From contig JADFLW010000008.1 of NCBI GenBank assembly GCA_022564195.1, positions 1 through 54,690 of the forward strand: a DNA stretch of 54,690 nt, written 5' to 3'. This DNA is from Patescibacteria group bacterium (GTDB lineage Bacteria; Patescibacteriota; Microgenomatia; UBA1400; Chisholmbacteraceae). A model generated the notes under the pieces. It worked only from the letters and a program-made list of their open reading frames with translations, searched no databases and was not told where the DNA came from. Positions 26,919 through 37,245 of this stretch are shown here, one piece after another. Position numbers and translations under genes: made by a program. Each line of letters starts with the position of its first letter. Positions within the stretch are counted from its first letter, which is position 1.

Positions 26919-29846
26919 TCAGCTGCTGTCTGAACGGCACATTAGGCTGTATTCGCAGTTTTTACAGAAGAAGTGCTTGGAGCAAGAAAAGTCTGAGTTC
27001 TCTATTTTTTCTCTCCAATCAAAAATCTCTTTTTTTGCTTCCTCTAGGTTCTCTTGTGTTCTGGATGTAGATATCTTCGTCTGATTATCAAAATAATAAA
27101 GCGTTAATTTAACATCTCCGGGTTTCTTGTTCAATGGTGCTTCCTTCATACCTGTTGCCGCCAGCGCGTAAAACGTCAGCTGCAGGTCATGATCGACTTG
27201 TTTTTGCGTGGGGACTTTGGCGCCTGTTTTGTAGTCAATAATTTCAATTTTTCCGCCAAGTAATTCATCTATCCTGTCAATTTTTCCGCCAATCTTCAAT
27301 CTCCGAGGGTCTCCCTGTAGCGAATCGAGTGGAACCACAAACGGTTGTTCTAAAGCGATGGGAGCTTTCTTTGGATCAAATTCTTTTTTGAAAAACCCAG
27401 CAAGATACTTCCTGCCCCTTTCAAGCATCTTCCTCTCATGGCTTTTGCTTGCGTATCCTTCAGCAATCCAGTTTTCTTTTAACGCCTTCAGGATTAATTC
27501 TTTTCTCGGCTTTTCCCCTCCCTTTACGTAAAGATAAAAGTCTTTTAGTGCTGCGTGGATGGATGCCCCGAAACTTTGAGCGCTCGTTGGAGGAGTTGGA
27601 ATTTTTACGATGTATCTTAATTTGTAATGCAGGGGGCAGGTTTTAAATGTTTCGATTTGCGTATAGGAAAGGTAGTCGATGTGGAGCTTTGATGACTGAT
27701 GACTGATGACTGATGACTGAGGAGCAGACGCATAATCTAGGAATGACAGCTGTTGCCCAGACTCTGGTTGCTCGGCGGCGACTGTATCATCTCCCAGTGC
27801 TTCGAAGATGAAGGGAGAAAGTTTCTTTTCCCTCTTTCCCTCTCCATAATAGTTTGCTGCCGTAAAGAAAAGCCGATCCTTTGCTCTTGTCATTCCAACA
27901 TAGAAAAGCCTTCGCTCTTCTTGCTCGTGATAGTCTCCTATGGGTAGAACTTCTTTTATAAGCTCCTCGGGAATGGGGATTTGTTCTCGCCTCTCAATTG
28001 TCGGAAATCGCTGACTCACGAGATTCACCAAGAACACCACTGGGAACTCTAAACCCTTCGCGGAATGCGCAGTTAAAATATTGACCGCGTTACTCTCTGT
28101 CCAGTCTATATCGGCCGCCAACGGTGATTCCCCTAACTCGGAAGACAACTCTATCCAATCAACCACAGCAGTGACCGTTGCATCTTCATGATTAACTTCG
28201 TACGTCTTCAGCTTATCAAACAACTTCGAAATATTGGCTGCTTTTTTCTCAGCTCCGGGCGTATCCGGATTGAGGAGCTCCTGCAGCAGCCCGGTGTCTT
28301 CCAAAAAGTAATACAGAAGCTGCCCCGCGGTTTCTTTTCTAACTCGCTTGAGGTGTCTGTCAATGATTTTGAGTATCTTCTTCATTTTTTCCTTTGTCTG
28401 ATCGGACACAACGATGTCATCGACCTTTTCGCATGCTTCAAATAAAGCAAGATTGAAGCGTTTTGCATAGTTGCCAATTCTCAGCAAATCTTTTGCTGGA
28501 ATATCAAAATGGTCAATTGATAGAAGGCGATACAGGGCGATCGAATCTTCAAAGTTGTACAGTACTTTCAGATAGGAAATTAAATCGATGATTTCGGGTT
28601 GCCTAAACAGCCTTCCCGGACCTAAAAATTGATAGGGAATGGCGTGTCTTGAAAAGGCTCTGATAAATGGTTCTGAATGGCTATTGGCGCGAACCAAAAC
28701 AGCAATATCTTTCCATTCATAATCTCCCTTCCCCACCAATTCTTCTATCCTTTTTGCAACCTCCTCCGCTTCGTTTTCTACCCTGTCTCTATGAATAAAC
28801 TCTACCTGTTCTCCGGTGTTTCGATTGCGCACGCTAATCAGATTTTTGTCAACTCCCAGCTTTGCTTCTAACGTGTCGGGGTTGTTGTGTGTAATTAGTC
28901 TATATGCAGAGTCTAAAATTTTTTGTGTGGAGCGATAGTTCTTTGTCAGGACCACCATTTTGGCTTCTTTGTAGTCGTCCATGAAATACAAAATATTCGA
29001 GACCGCTGCGCCTCTGAATTTATAGATGCTTTGTGAATCATCGCCTACAACCGCAAGGTTCGCCTTTTTCCCTGGAGGTACTAAAAGTTTTAAAAGTTCA
29101 TACTGGGCAATGTTCGTATCCTGGAATTCGTCGACGAGCATATATTTGAACTGCTTTCGGTATTCGCGGAGCACATTCGGTCGTTTCCGGAAAAGCTCAA
29201 GTGTCTTTCCGATGAGATCTCCAAAATCCATGACCCCTTCTTTGACTTTCAGTTCCTGGTATGTTTGATAGGTTCTCGCGAGTTCTGCTGTTTTTTCGGC
29301 TTCCATCTTTTCCTCTTTGAGCCCTCTTTTTTTTACAGCTAAGCTTCTAGCGTACTTGAGATACTCGTTGGGGCTTATGTCTTCATCTTGGAGGCGCGAG
29401 AAGTGTTGAAGCAACCCTGCAACAAACTTGGTTGGGTTTCCCAAGGGTCTGAAATAACTAAGCTTAAACTTAAAAAGGTTGCTGCGGATAAACTGGATTG
29501 TCTCTGCCTCTGTCATCAGCTTGAATTTCGGATCAATACCGATATGCAGTGCTTCACGGCGCAAGATTCGATCGCAGAAGGAATGGAATGTTGAAATCCA
29601 CATTTGGGTATACCCATACGGCATTGCCATGTCCACACGCTCCTCCATCTCCTTCGCGGCTTTTTCAGTAAACGTAAGGGCCAAGATTTCGGAGGGGTTC
29701 GCGCGTTCAGAAATAATGAGGCGCTTGATTCTCTCTGTTATCACGGTCGTTTTGCCTGTGCCAGCGCCGGCGATGATGAGAAGCGGTCCTTGATCATGCT
29801 CAACGGCCTCTTTTTGTTGTTTGTTGAGTACTATTTTTTCTGCCAT
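26919..29846 (-). CDS. UvrD/PcrA-family helicase fused to a Cas4/AddB-type PD-(D/E)XK nuclease with a 4-Cys cluster
   Basis: Walker A GAGTGKT, DEFQDT and the further helicase motifs. The C-terminal domain has TCPLHYKLRY...IIDYKTG...CSKHFFCKNCEYSLMC. Confidence 0.85.
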   Translation of the reverse strand: MAEKIVLNKQQKEAVEHDQGPLLIIAGAGTGKTTVITERIKRLIISERANPSEILALTFTEKAAKEMEERVDMAMPYGYTQMWISTFHSFCDRILRREALHIGIDPKFKLMTEAETIQFIRSNLFKFKLSYFRPLGNPTKFVAGLLQHFSRLQDEDISPNEYLKYARSLAVKKRGLKEEKMEAEKTAELARTYQTYQELKVKEGVMDFGDLIGKTLELFRKRPNVLREYRKQFKYMLVDEFQDTNIAQYELLKLLVPPGKKANLAVVGDDSQSIYKFRGAAVSNILYFMDDYKEAKMVVLTKNYRSTQKILDSAYRLITHNNPDTLEAKLGVDKNLISVRNRNTGEQVEFIHRDRVENEAEEVAKRIEELVGKGDYEWKDIAVLVRANSHSEPFIRAFSRHAIPYQFLGPGRLFRQPEIIDLISYLKVLYNFEDSIALYRLLSIDHFDIPAKDLLRIGNYAKRFNLALFEACEKVDDIVVSDQTKEKMKKILKIIDRHLKRVRKETAGQLLYYFLEDTGLLQELLNPDTPGAEKKAANISKLFDKLKTYEVNHEDATVTAVVDWIELSSELGESPLAADIDWTESNAVNILTAHSAKGLEFPVVFLVNLVSQRFPTIERREQIPIPEELIKEVLPIGDYHEQEERRLFYVGMTRAKDRLFFTAANYYGEGKREKKLSPFIFEALGDDTVAAEQPESGQQLSFLDYASAPQSSVISHQSSKLHIDYLSYTQIETFKTCPLHYKLRYIVKIPTPPTSAQSFGASIHAALKDFYLYVKGGEKPRKELILKALKENWIAEGYASKSHERKMLERGRKYLAGFFKKEFDPKKAPIALEQPFVVPLDSLQGDPRRLKIGGKIDRIDELLGGKIEIIDYKTGAKVPTQKQVDHDLQLTFYALAATGMKEAPLNKKPGDVKLTLYYFDNQTKISTSRTQENLEEAKKEIFDWREKIENSDFSCSKHFFCKNCEYSLMCRSDSS
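27691..27720. repeat. heptanucleotide tandem repeat (GATGACT x4.3) inside the helicase-nuclease CDS
   Basis: Read directly: gatgact gatgact gatgact gatgact ga. It encodes QSSVISHQSS in the linker between the helicase and nuclease domains. Confidence 0.95.
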
Positions 29847-29902
29847 GCAGAAGGGATTCTATCTTGAGTCAGGCTGGCAATCAAGGGATTTGAAGCATCG
29901 AA

Positions 29903-30955
29903 TTACGGATCTGGTGTTGGCTGCTCATCTTCTCTCTCTGCCTCTGTCTCTGTTGGCTTTTCAAGCCTGTGTGTAGAGGTTAACTTTTGGCCCATACGAG
30001 CAAAAGAGCCTGTAACTTCTGAGAATTTGTTGTAGGCGTTTGTGATGTGCCCGCCAAGTGTACCAAGATGATTCTCTACTTTTTCGTAATCTTTTTGGAT
30101 GGCTCGCAATAGGATAAAAATCTCGCGGGCTCTGGTTTCGATCTTTTTTCCTTCAAAAGACAAAAGAATCATTTGCAGGTGGGCATAGAGCGTGGTTGGA
30201 GAAACAGGATAGACGCGTTTGTTCCGAGCGTAATCGGTCAGTTCCGTGGCATTGACAATTTCGTAGTACACCGGTTCGCTGGGAACATACATCAGGGCAA
30301 AATCCATGGTTCCTTCCTCTGGAAGAATGTATTTTTTGGCGATGTCATTGATGTGGCGACGAACATCTTTTAAGAACTCTCGTTTCGCGGCATCGCGCTC
30401 TTTTTTTGTTTCGCCACTTACCATTTTCTGGAAATTTTCCATGGGAAACTTTGAATCAATTGGGAGGATGCCGGCATCGGTGCGGATTGCGGCATCGACT
30501 TTATGACCTGATTTAAACTTGTATTGCAGGTGAAAGGACTTTTTAGGAAATATCTGGCTGATAAGGTCGGTGAGGACTTGTTCGCCGATGTTGCCGCGAA
30601 GCTTTGGGCTCTGCAAGAATGCCTGAAGATCGCGCATGGATTTTGAGATTTCAGAAAACTCTCCTGCTTCCTTTTTGAGTGCACCAATAACCTCGGCCGC
30701 TTTATCCAGGCGTTGGTTCAGAGAATGTGAGCTTTTTAGAAGGGTGTCAGTGAGATTTTGCGATGATTGCTGTAGGGATTCGGCCAAGGTCTTTTGAAGC
30801 TCTTTGATATCTTGCTGGGTTGATTTCGCCCACTCCAGGAGCGTTGCGTCTTCCTCTTTCTCTTTCAGCTTTTCGATGTGGCTCACGATATACCAAGCTG
30901 TCACTGCAAATCCTGCAATGATAAGCGTGGCAAGGAAGTATATTTCCCGAGACAT
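29903..30955 (-). CDS. rmuC: DNA recombination protein RmuC
   Basis: N-terminal TM helix, a long coiled coil, then GNIGEQVLTDLI...VDAAIRTDAGILPIDSKFPMENF...MYVPSE RmuC nuclease-like core. Confidence 0.85.
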   Translation of the reverse strand: MSREIYFLATLIIAGFAVTAWYIVSHIEKLKEKEEDATLLEWAKSTQQDIKELQKTLAESLQQSSQNLTDTLLKSSHSLNQRLDKAAEVIGALKKEAGEFSEISKSMRDLQAFLQSPKLRGNIGEQVLTDLISQIFPKKSFHLQYKFKSGHKVDAAIRTDAGILPIDSKFPMENFQKMVSGETKKERDAAKREFLKDVRRHINDIAKKYILPEEGTMDFALMYVPSEPVYYEIVNATELTDYARNKRVYPVSPTTLYAHLQMILLSFEGKKIETRAREIFILLRAIQKDYEKVENHLGTLGGHITNAYNKFSEVTGSFARMGQKLTSTHRLEKPTETEAEREDEQPTPDP

Positions 30956-31189
30956 AGAATGCTATTTTTTGCCGCTTTTTACCTGGCGAGGTGATTGATA
31001 ACAGCAAGTGCGCCTACTGCAAGGATAGCGTAGCCTACAATTTTCCAGAAGGTGGTCTTTACCTTCTCCTTTGTTCCTTTTGGGTTTTCTTCTTTCCTGG
31101 CCACTAGCCTCGATATTGTAGGACTTTCCTCTCTGCTTGTCTATTTAAAAAGATCTCCGCATGAAGAACCAGTACAATATGATTACGAT

Positions 31190-31522
31190 ATGGCAATTCG
31201 GAGAAGAAAAAAATTCCTCCCCGCAGTTTTTTTTGCGCTTCTGTCTTGGAGTATTGTGGCTTTCTTTCTTTTCTTTGTCGATCCTGAGATTATTCGTGAC
31301 TTCCCAATTTCTGGATCATATCTCCCTTTTTTTATATTCCTTTTTTTGTCTGTCTTTCTTACTGCATCCTTACTTCTCACGCATGCCCGTCGTGGATTGC
31401 TCGTCTCCATTGGCATTACCACTTTTCTTTATCTGCGTCTTCTCGGTCTCGGGCATGTTTTGAATGCGATCCTCCTTACCTCATTTCTTCTGGTTTTAGA
31501 ATTTGCTCTGCGTCGAAACTGA
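31190..31522 (+). CDS. small hypothetical membrane protein
   Basis: I prefer the ATG at 31190 (MAIRRRKKF...) to the GTG at 31052. Three predicted TM helices, no recognisable family. Confidence 0.4.
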   Translation: MAIRRRKKFLPAVFFALLSWSIVAFFLFFVDPEIIRDFPISGSYLPFFIFLFLSVFLTASLLLTHARRGLLVSIGITTFLYLRLLGLGHVLNAILLTSFLLVLEFALRRN

Positions 31523-31601
31523 TACACCTTTTGACAGAACATTGACAGCCTTATCGATGACATGTTATAAAGTTACTAGTTTACTCAATTAAATCGCCTC
31601 T

Positions 31602-31976
31602 TTGCCCGTGCAGATCTCAAGCAGAAAACTCAATACCGTCTTAGAGAAGCAGATCTTTTCTGTTTTCTATCAATCCTTAGCAGACCTTCGAACGCCCGAA
31701 GAAGTTGAAACGGTTCTTGCTGATCTTTTAACGGATACTGAACGAACCGCCCTCGCTAAGCGATTGGCAATTGCTGTTTTCTTAGAAAAGGGGAGAAGTT
31801 ATGAGAACATCAGGGAGACGCTTAAAGTCTCTTCTGCCACGATTGCCTCTGTCGCCGAGCAGATTGGAGATCCTGGTTTCCAGTTGGCGCTTGCCAAAGT
31901 GAAGGCCGAGGAATGGGCAGAGGAGTGGGCTGGAAGAATAAGCGGGCTTTTTAAGAAAGTTAGAAGTACGAGCTAG
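31602..31976 (+). CDS. TrpR-like YerC/YecD-family DNA-binding protein
   Basis: EEVETVLADLLTDTERTALAKRLAIAVFLEKGRSYENIRETLKVSSATIASV matches the YerC/YecD helix-turn-helix core. Non-ATG start (TTG/GTG). Confidence 0.7.
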   Translation: MPVQISSRKLNTVLEKQIFSVFYQSLADLRTPEEVETVLADLLTDTERTALAKRLAIAVFLEKGRSYENIRETLKVSSATIASVAEQIGDPGFQLALAKVKAEEWAEEWAGRISGLFKKVRSTS

Positions 31977-32128
31977 TTTTCACCTCTTCGGCGATCTTTG
32001 GGGATTCTATCCTTTTATTGTTAAGCCTTCCCTTAGTCATTCTCCTTTATCTAGGGTTTTTTGTTAGAATTGAGGTGTCTCGTTTTTGAAGAAGCAAAGG
32101 AGAAAATAAAGCTTAAGGGTTTAAACGT

Positions 32129-33553
32129 ATGAGCAGAAACAAATTTTATCTCACCACCGCGATACCTTATGTCAATGCTCCTCCTCACGGGGGTCATGCG
32201 TTGGAATATGTCATAGCCGATGTTATTCACCGTTATCATGAGCTTGTGGGCGATGAGGTTTATCTGGTCTCTGGTGCTGATGAGAATGCACTGAAGAATG
32301 TGTTGGCTGCTGAAGAAGCAGGAGTAGAGCCCACAGTTTTTTTGAAAAAACACTCAGATATTTTCCGGGATTTTTATCGATTGTTGGGGGTCAACCTTGA
32401 TGCGTTCCGTCGTGGGACGGACCAGAAGCTTCATTGGCCAGGAGTTCAGGAACTTTGGAAACGCTGTGATGCTTCAGGAGATATCTATAAAAAACGCTAT
32501 TCGGGGCTTTACTGTGTTGGCTGTGCGAGTTTTAAGACCGAGAAAGATCTGGTTGATGGGAAATGCCCAGACCACGATAGGAAGCCTGAGCTTGTCGAAG
32601 AAGAGAACTACTTCTTTCGTCTCTCACAATATCAAAGCCAACTTGAAAAACTGATTGCTTCTGATGCTCTTGAGATTTTCCCTGAGAAACGAAAGCGAGA
32701 AGTTCTGTCTTTTATTCGCATGGGTCTTGAGGATTTCAGCATCTCGCGCAGCAACGAGCGGGCTCGCGGTTTAGGGGTCCCGGTTCCAGGAGACAAAACA
32801 CAGAAAATTTTTGTTTGGTTTGATGCGCTCATCATCTACATGACCGGGGTAGGGTATGGGTATGATGCAAAGCTTTGGAAAAAGTGGTGGCCTGCAGATT
32901 TGCATGTGATTGGCAAAGATATCATTCGCTTCCATGCGGTGTACTGGCCGGCTATGCTTTTTTCTGCTGGTTTGCCACTGCCGAAGCGGCTTTTGATTCA
33001 CGGCTTTATCACCAGTGGCGGCAGAAAAATGAGCAAAACTCTTGGGAACATTATTGATCCCTATGCGGTTCTTAAGCGGTATGGATTGGATGCTACACGC
33101 TACTATCTTCTTCGTGAGATTCCGACCCTGGATGATGGGGATATCACCCACCAGAGGTTTAAAGAGCTTTACAATGCCGATCTTGCCAATGGACTGGGTA
33201 ATTTAGTGGCGCGGGTTGCCAAGCTCTGCGAAACAAGTGGCCTTGCTTTTAGCCCTGATAATCCTTCTGGTTTCAGAAGCCAGGTTGCAGGACATATCGA
33301 GGCATATCGACTCGATCTGGCTCTTTCGGACATTTGGAAAAAAATTGCTGAGGTTGATATGCAGATTGAGAAGCAGCAGCCTTGGGATCTTTCTGGTGGG
33401 AAACTCCGGGCGGCTTTGACCGAGCTGGTTGCTCATTTGCGGCAAATCGGTTTTGAGTTGCAGCCATTTTTACCAAACACTGCTGCCAAGATTTTGAAGC
33501 AGTTTACTGGTCCCAAGATTTCTTCCTCGAAGCCGCTCTTTCCGCGTCTTTGA
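32129..33553 (+). CDS. metG: methionine--tRNA ligase (short form, no C-terminal tRNA-binding domain)
   Basis: FYLTTAIPYVNAPPHGGHALEY (HIGH region), KMSKT motif (RKMSKTLGN) and a CVGC...CPDH zinc knuckle. Confidence 0.9.
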   Translation: MSRNKFYLTTAIPYVNAPPHGGHALEYVIADVIHRYHELVGDEVYLVSGADENALKNVLAAEEAGVEPTVFLKKHSDIFRDFYRLLGVNLDAFRRGTDQKLHWPGVQELWKRCDASGDIYKKRYSGLYCVGCASFKTEKDLVDGKCPDHDRKPELVEEENYFFRLSQYQSQLEKLIASDALEIFPEKRKREVLSFIRMGLEDFSISRSNERARGLGVPVPGDKTQKIFVWFDALIIYMTGVGYGYDAKLWKKWWPADLHVIGKDIIRFHAVYWPAMLFSAGLPLPKRLLIHGFITSGGRKMSKTLGNIIDPYAVLKRYGLDATRYYLLREIPTLDDGDITHQRFKELYNADLANGLGNLVARVAKLCETSGLAFSPDNPSGFRSQVAGHIEAYRLDLALSDIWKKIAEVDMQIEKQQPWDLSGGKLRAALTELVAHLRQIGFELQPFLPNTAAKILKQFTGPKISSSKPLFPRL

Positions 33554-33694
33554 TACAATATTATTCAAGACGTTTCATGGGCCCACTCATGTTACAATAG
33601 TTGCCAGACGACATTCCGCTTTCACGCTTAGTTCATTTAACTAAAGTGGTTGCTAGACGACGGAGAACGCCAGGCGTCTATTTCTATTTGGGAT

Positions 33695-35185
33695 ATGAAG
33701 AGCGATATTCACACTCAAGAACCAGAAAGAACACAGCGACTGTTGGAGATCTTTCCTGGAGTGTTTTCTTGGTCACTCATTCTTTTTCCTTTTTGGGGTT
33801 CACTGATCTTCCCCGTTGCAGTTGCCTACTATGTTATCGCATTTGATGTCTATTGGCTGTATCGATCGATTTCTACCGCGTTTTTGGCTGTTATCGCCCA
33901 TTTTCGTATGCAAGCGGCAGAGACGTATGATTGGATGGGAGATGTTTCGGTTTTTCCAGATTGGAAGCGGGTTCATCATGTCATCATCATTCCCACATAC
34001 AAAGAGCCGCTTAAGACGTTGCGGCGTACCCTTGACGGGTTGCGGCATCAAACAATCCCCAAGACTCAGATTACTGTTGTGCTGTCATTTGAGGAACGTG
34101 AAGAAGAGGCGGCTCGCAAAAAGGCGGGGACGCTGAAAGCGGAATATGGAAGCGCCTTTGCTCATTTTATGATCACCTTTCATCCGGATCTTCCGGGAGA
34201 AGTCGCGGGAAAATCTTCCAATACCTCTTGGGCCGCAAGATTCGCTAAACGTGAGCTTGTTGATCGGAGGGGATTTGATATTACTTATATGACCGTAACG
34301 AGCGAAGATGCCGATGCTGTGCTGCATCCCAATTACCTTGCAGCGCTTACGTATTCCTTTTTGGATCATCCGAAACGCCATCGTCGTATTTGGCAAGCAG
34401 CGATCGTTCTTTACAACAATATTTGGCGAGTGCCGGCACCAATTCGAGTGTTGGCAACGATATGGAGTGTCATGTCGATGTTCCTTCTCATGCGCCGGGA
34501 CCGCCTTATCAACTTCTCGACCTACTCCACGAGTATGAAACTCATCGATGAGATTGGGTATTGGGATGTCGATGTCATCCCAGAGGATTATCGGCTGTTT
34601 TTCAAAAGTTACTTCCATTATAAAGGTGATCTTGAGGTGGAACCAATTTTTCTTCCTGTTTACGCAGACGCTGCGGAATCGACGAGCTACTGGAAAACGA
34701 TGGTTAATCAATACGAACAGGTCAAACGGTGGGCTTGGGGTGTGTCTGATGACCCTTACATCATCAAGCGTTGGCTTGAGGCTAAAGATATTTCGTTTTG
34801 GGACAAGACCATTCGCGTGGCGAAGGTGCTTGAGGATCACTTTCTTTGGCCTGTCAATTGGTTTGCGATCACCCTCGGGGCGATTTTACCGCCGCTTATC
34901 AATGAGGACTTTTCTCGTACTGTCCTTGGAAAGACATTGCCACAAGTTTCCTCAGCGATCCTCACCCTCTCTCTTGTCTCGCTTCTTGTTATTTTGATTA
35001 TTGATGCCCGATCGCGTCCGCCGCGTCCGGCTGATGTCTCACTTCTCAAGCGCCTGTTTCAACCATTTGAGTTCATCCTCTTGCCCATCGTTGGGTTTTT
35101 CTTCAATGCTCTCCCGGGAATTGATGCGCATACCCGATTGATGTTGGGGCGATACATCGAATATCGAGTTACGGAGAAGGTATGA
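33695..35185 (+). CDS. membrane-embedded processive GT2 synthase (cellulose/chitin/hyaluronan-synthase-like)
   Basis: N- and C-terminal TM helices. IIIPTYKEP, SEDADA and QYEQVKRWAWG (QxxRW) motifs. I prefer the ATG at 33695 to the TTG at 33650. Confidence 0.8.
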   Translation: MKSDIHTQEPERTQRLLEIFPGVFSWSLILFPFWGSLIFPVAVAYYVIAFDVYWLYRSISTAFLAVIAHFRMQAAETYDWMGDVSVFPDWKRVHHVIIIPTYKEPLKTLRRTLDGLRHQTIPKTQITVVLSFEEREEEAARKKAGTLKAEYGSAFAHFMITFHPDLPGEVAGKSSNTSWAARFAKRELVDRRGFDITYMTVTSEDADAVLHPNYLAALTYSFLDHPKRHRRIWQAAIVLYNNIWRVPAPIRVLATIWSVMSMFLLMRRDRLINFSTYSTSMKLIDEIGYWDVDVIPEDYRLFFKSYFHYKGDLEVEPIFLPVYADAAESTSYWKTMVNQYEQVKRWAWGVSDDPYIIKRWLEAKDISFWDKTIRVAKVLEDHFLWPVNWFAITLGAILPPLINEDFSRTVLGKTLPQVSSAILTLSLVSLLVILIIDARSRPPRPADVSLLKRLFQPFEFILLPIVGFFFNALPGIDAHTRLMLGRYIEYRVTEKV

Positions 35186-35226
35186 GTTATGGTCTAGGGG
35201 GTAGGGGTAGGTGATACAATGAAACG

Positions 35227-36744
35227 ATGGGTGAAATTCGCAAACAATCTCTCTTTCGTGAGTCTGTCCGATTCTTGGGGAGAAACCGCCTCCTCTTGAT
35301 TCTTCTTTTTGTCATCTTCATTCTTCGAATTCCGACACTTTTTGAGCCGCATCGATATGCCGACGAGGAGATTTATTTGACGCTCGGTCAAGGAGTTCGT
35401 AAGGGGTTGGTCCTCTATCGAGATATTCATGATAACAAGCCTCCTTTTCTCTATCTCGTTGCGTCCGTTGCTCATAGTCTTTTTTGGTTTCGTTTCATTC
35501 TTCTTGTTGTCCACGCTGCCAGCGTCATCTTTTTTTGGAAGCTTGCGGAACTTGTTTTTGATAAAAAGCATTGGGCGGTGGTTGTTTCAACCGGGTTTTT
35601 TGGGCTTTTGTCAACCTTGCCGTTCTTGGAAGGTAATATCGCAAACGGCGAGAATTTCATGATTGTTCCAGCCCTTTTCGGAACCTATCTGTTGTACCGG
35701 AGCTTGGCTGATCCTTCCGAGCGTCAACGAACCTTGCCCTATCTTGTCATCGGTCTGCTGTTTTCCTTTGCTTTCCTTTTCAAGGTGTCCATCGCTTTTG
35801 ATTTTGTAGGACTGCTCGCCTTTTGGTGGTTGCTCGCTGAACCCAAGCTTCAGGTTCGAGATCGACTGCGCCTGTTATTCTCAAGAAGGTTGTGGCTTGT
35901 TGTCGCGGGTTTCATCGGACCGATTGCCATAAGCATTGCTTACTACACTCTAAGAGGTGCATTTGTGCCATATGTCCGATCGGCGCTTTTGCAAAACATT
36001 GGCTATTTATCAACCTGGGGGAATGAATCGGACGGAATTCTTTCTAACCCGCTCATATGGCGTGGGTTGGCCGTCGCCGGAGTATTCGGAGCTGTCTGGG
36101 CATTGAAAGAAAAACTCTCATTTCCTGTTCGTTTTGTCGTTGTCTGGACTGCTTTTTCGTTGTACGGGGCATTTTTATCGAGCCGTCCGTATCCGCACTA
36201 TCTTCTTGAGCCGCTCGTGCCTGTTTCTCTCCTCGTTGTTTTGGTCTTTACTCAAACACACATTGTGCATCGTTTCGTATCATTGGCAATGCTTGGCTTG
36301 GTTGTTCTGGGCTATTTCCAAAATAGTTTTTGGTACTACTCAACACTCCCGTATTACCAGAACTTTATGAGTTTCGTCGCTGGCTCTAAAAGTCGGGAAG
36401 CGTATCTTGATTTTTGGGGAGTAAAGCACAATTACGAGATTGCGGACTATCTTAAAAAGCGCACCTCGTCTTCCGATCGGATTTTTGTCTGGGGAACGGA
36501 GCCTTCTATTTATGCTTTATCGGATCGCTTACCTGTCGGACGATATACCGTTTCTTATCATATCGTTGATTTTGATGCTTTTGATGAAACGGGCGCGGCT
36601 CTCAGAACAACGCCACCCAAATATATTGTGGTTGTTGAAGATCTCGAGGACTTTAGTGAATTGAACTCGTTGCTTAAGCAACGTTATATCCATGAGATTG
36701 ATTTTGATGGTATCGCAGTTTTCAGGTTGATTCCCAAAGCTTGA
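35227..36744 (+). CDS. GT-C-fold glycosyltransferase (ArnT/PMT, GT39/GT83-like)
   Basis: 505 aa with more than 10 TM helices. First-loop acidic motif RYADEEIYL. Confidence 0.75.
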   Translation: MGEIRKQSLFRESVRFLGRNRLLLILLFVIFILRIPTLFEPHRYADEEIYLTLGQGVRKGLVLYRDIHDNKPPFLYLVASVAHSLFWFRFILLVVHAASVIFFWKLAELVFDKKHWAVVVSTGFFGLLSTLPFLEGNIANGENFMIVPALFGTYLLYRSLADPSERQRTLPYLVIGLLFSFAFLFKVSIAFDFVGLLAFWWLLAEPKLQVRDRLRLLFSRRLWLVVAGFIGPIAISIAYYTLRGAFVPYVRSALLQNIGYLSTWGNESDGILSNPLIWRGLAVAGVFGAVWALKEKLSFPVRFVVVWTAFSLYGAFLSSRPYPHYLLEPLVPVSLLVVLVFTQTHIVHRFVSLAMLGLVVLGYFQNSFWYYSTLPYYQNFMSFVAGSKSREAYLDFWGVKHNYEIADYLKKRTSSSDRIFVWGTEPSIYALSDRLPVGRYTVSYHIVDFDAFDETGAALRTTPPKYIVVVEDLEDFSELNSLLKQRYIHEIDFDGIAVFRLIPKA

Positions 36745-36842
36745 AAAGGGAACGGCCCGAATCCCGTTTCGTGCCTTTGCAATTGAAAATATCCTTGTTT
36801 ATCATTCCGAAACCTTATAATTTTGTATACTATACCTCGGTT

Positions 36843-37244
36843 ATGCTATCTCCACTGAGTAGAGCTCACAACACGGCGGGGAGCGTACGGTTTCGAGACT
36901 CTCTGCATCGGCTTTGGCAGGATCGGATTGGTGGACGGGCGCTTCGTACGGCTCTCTCTCTTTTGGTTTTTCTCATTCTTTTGATTGGGGTCGTCTATTG
37001 GAGGCTTCCTCCAGAAATTCCCCTTACCTATTCCAGGCCGTGGGGTGTTTTACAGCTTGTGCCCTCTTCCTTTTTATTTGTGGTCGCCGTGGGGTCTGCT
37101 CTTCTCGTTATGCTCAATAGCATTCTTGCAGCGCTTCTTTTTGAAACGGAAGAGCTTCTGGCGCGAATTCTGATTTGGGCTAGTGCTTTAACGGTATTTC
37201 TTGTGGACGTTACTGTTTTGCGCGTTGTGCTGCTCGTCATCTAA
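36843..37244 (+). CDS. small hypothetical membrane protein
   Basis: ATG at 36843 (MLSPLSRAHN...). Three predicted TM helices. Its stop lies 1 nt before the next gene's ATG. Confidence 0.4.
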   Translation: MLSPLSRAHNTAGSVRFRDSLHRLWQDRIGGRALRTALSLLVFLILLIGVVYWRLPPEIPLTYSRPWGVLQLVPSSFLFVVAVGSALLVMLNSILAALLFETEELLARILIWASALTVFLVDVTVLRVVLLVI

Positions 37245-37245
37245 T

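Noticed and set aside
26919-30955. Helicase-nuclease plus RmuC as a possible phage-defence pair (Gabija/Nhi-like)
   Set aside because: No partner ATPase/OLD-type nuclease or other defence genes are adjacent. A single UvrD-PD-(D/E)XK fusion and RmuC are common housekeeping recombination/repair genes in small genomes. The flanking genes are core (metG, cell wall).
34085-34840. 251-aa ORF antisense to the processive GT2 synthase
   Set aside because: Shadow ORF opposite a gene with clear GT2 motifs. Its composition is not protein-like and no family signature is present.
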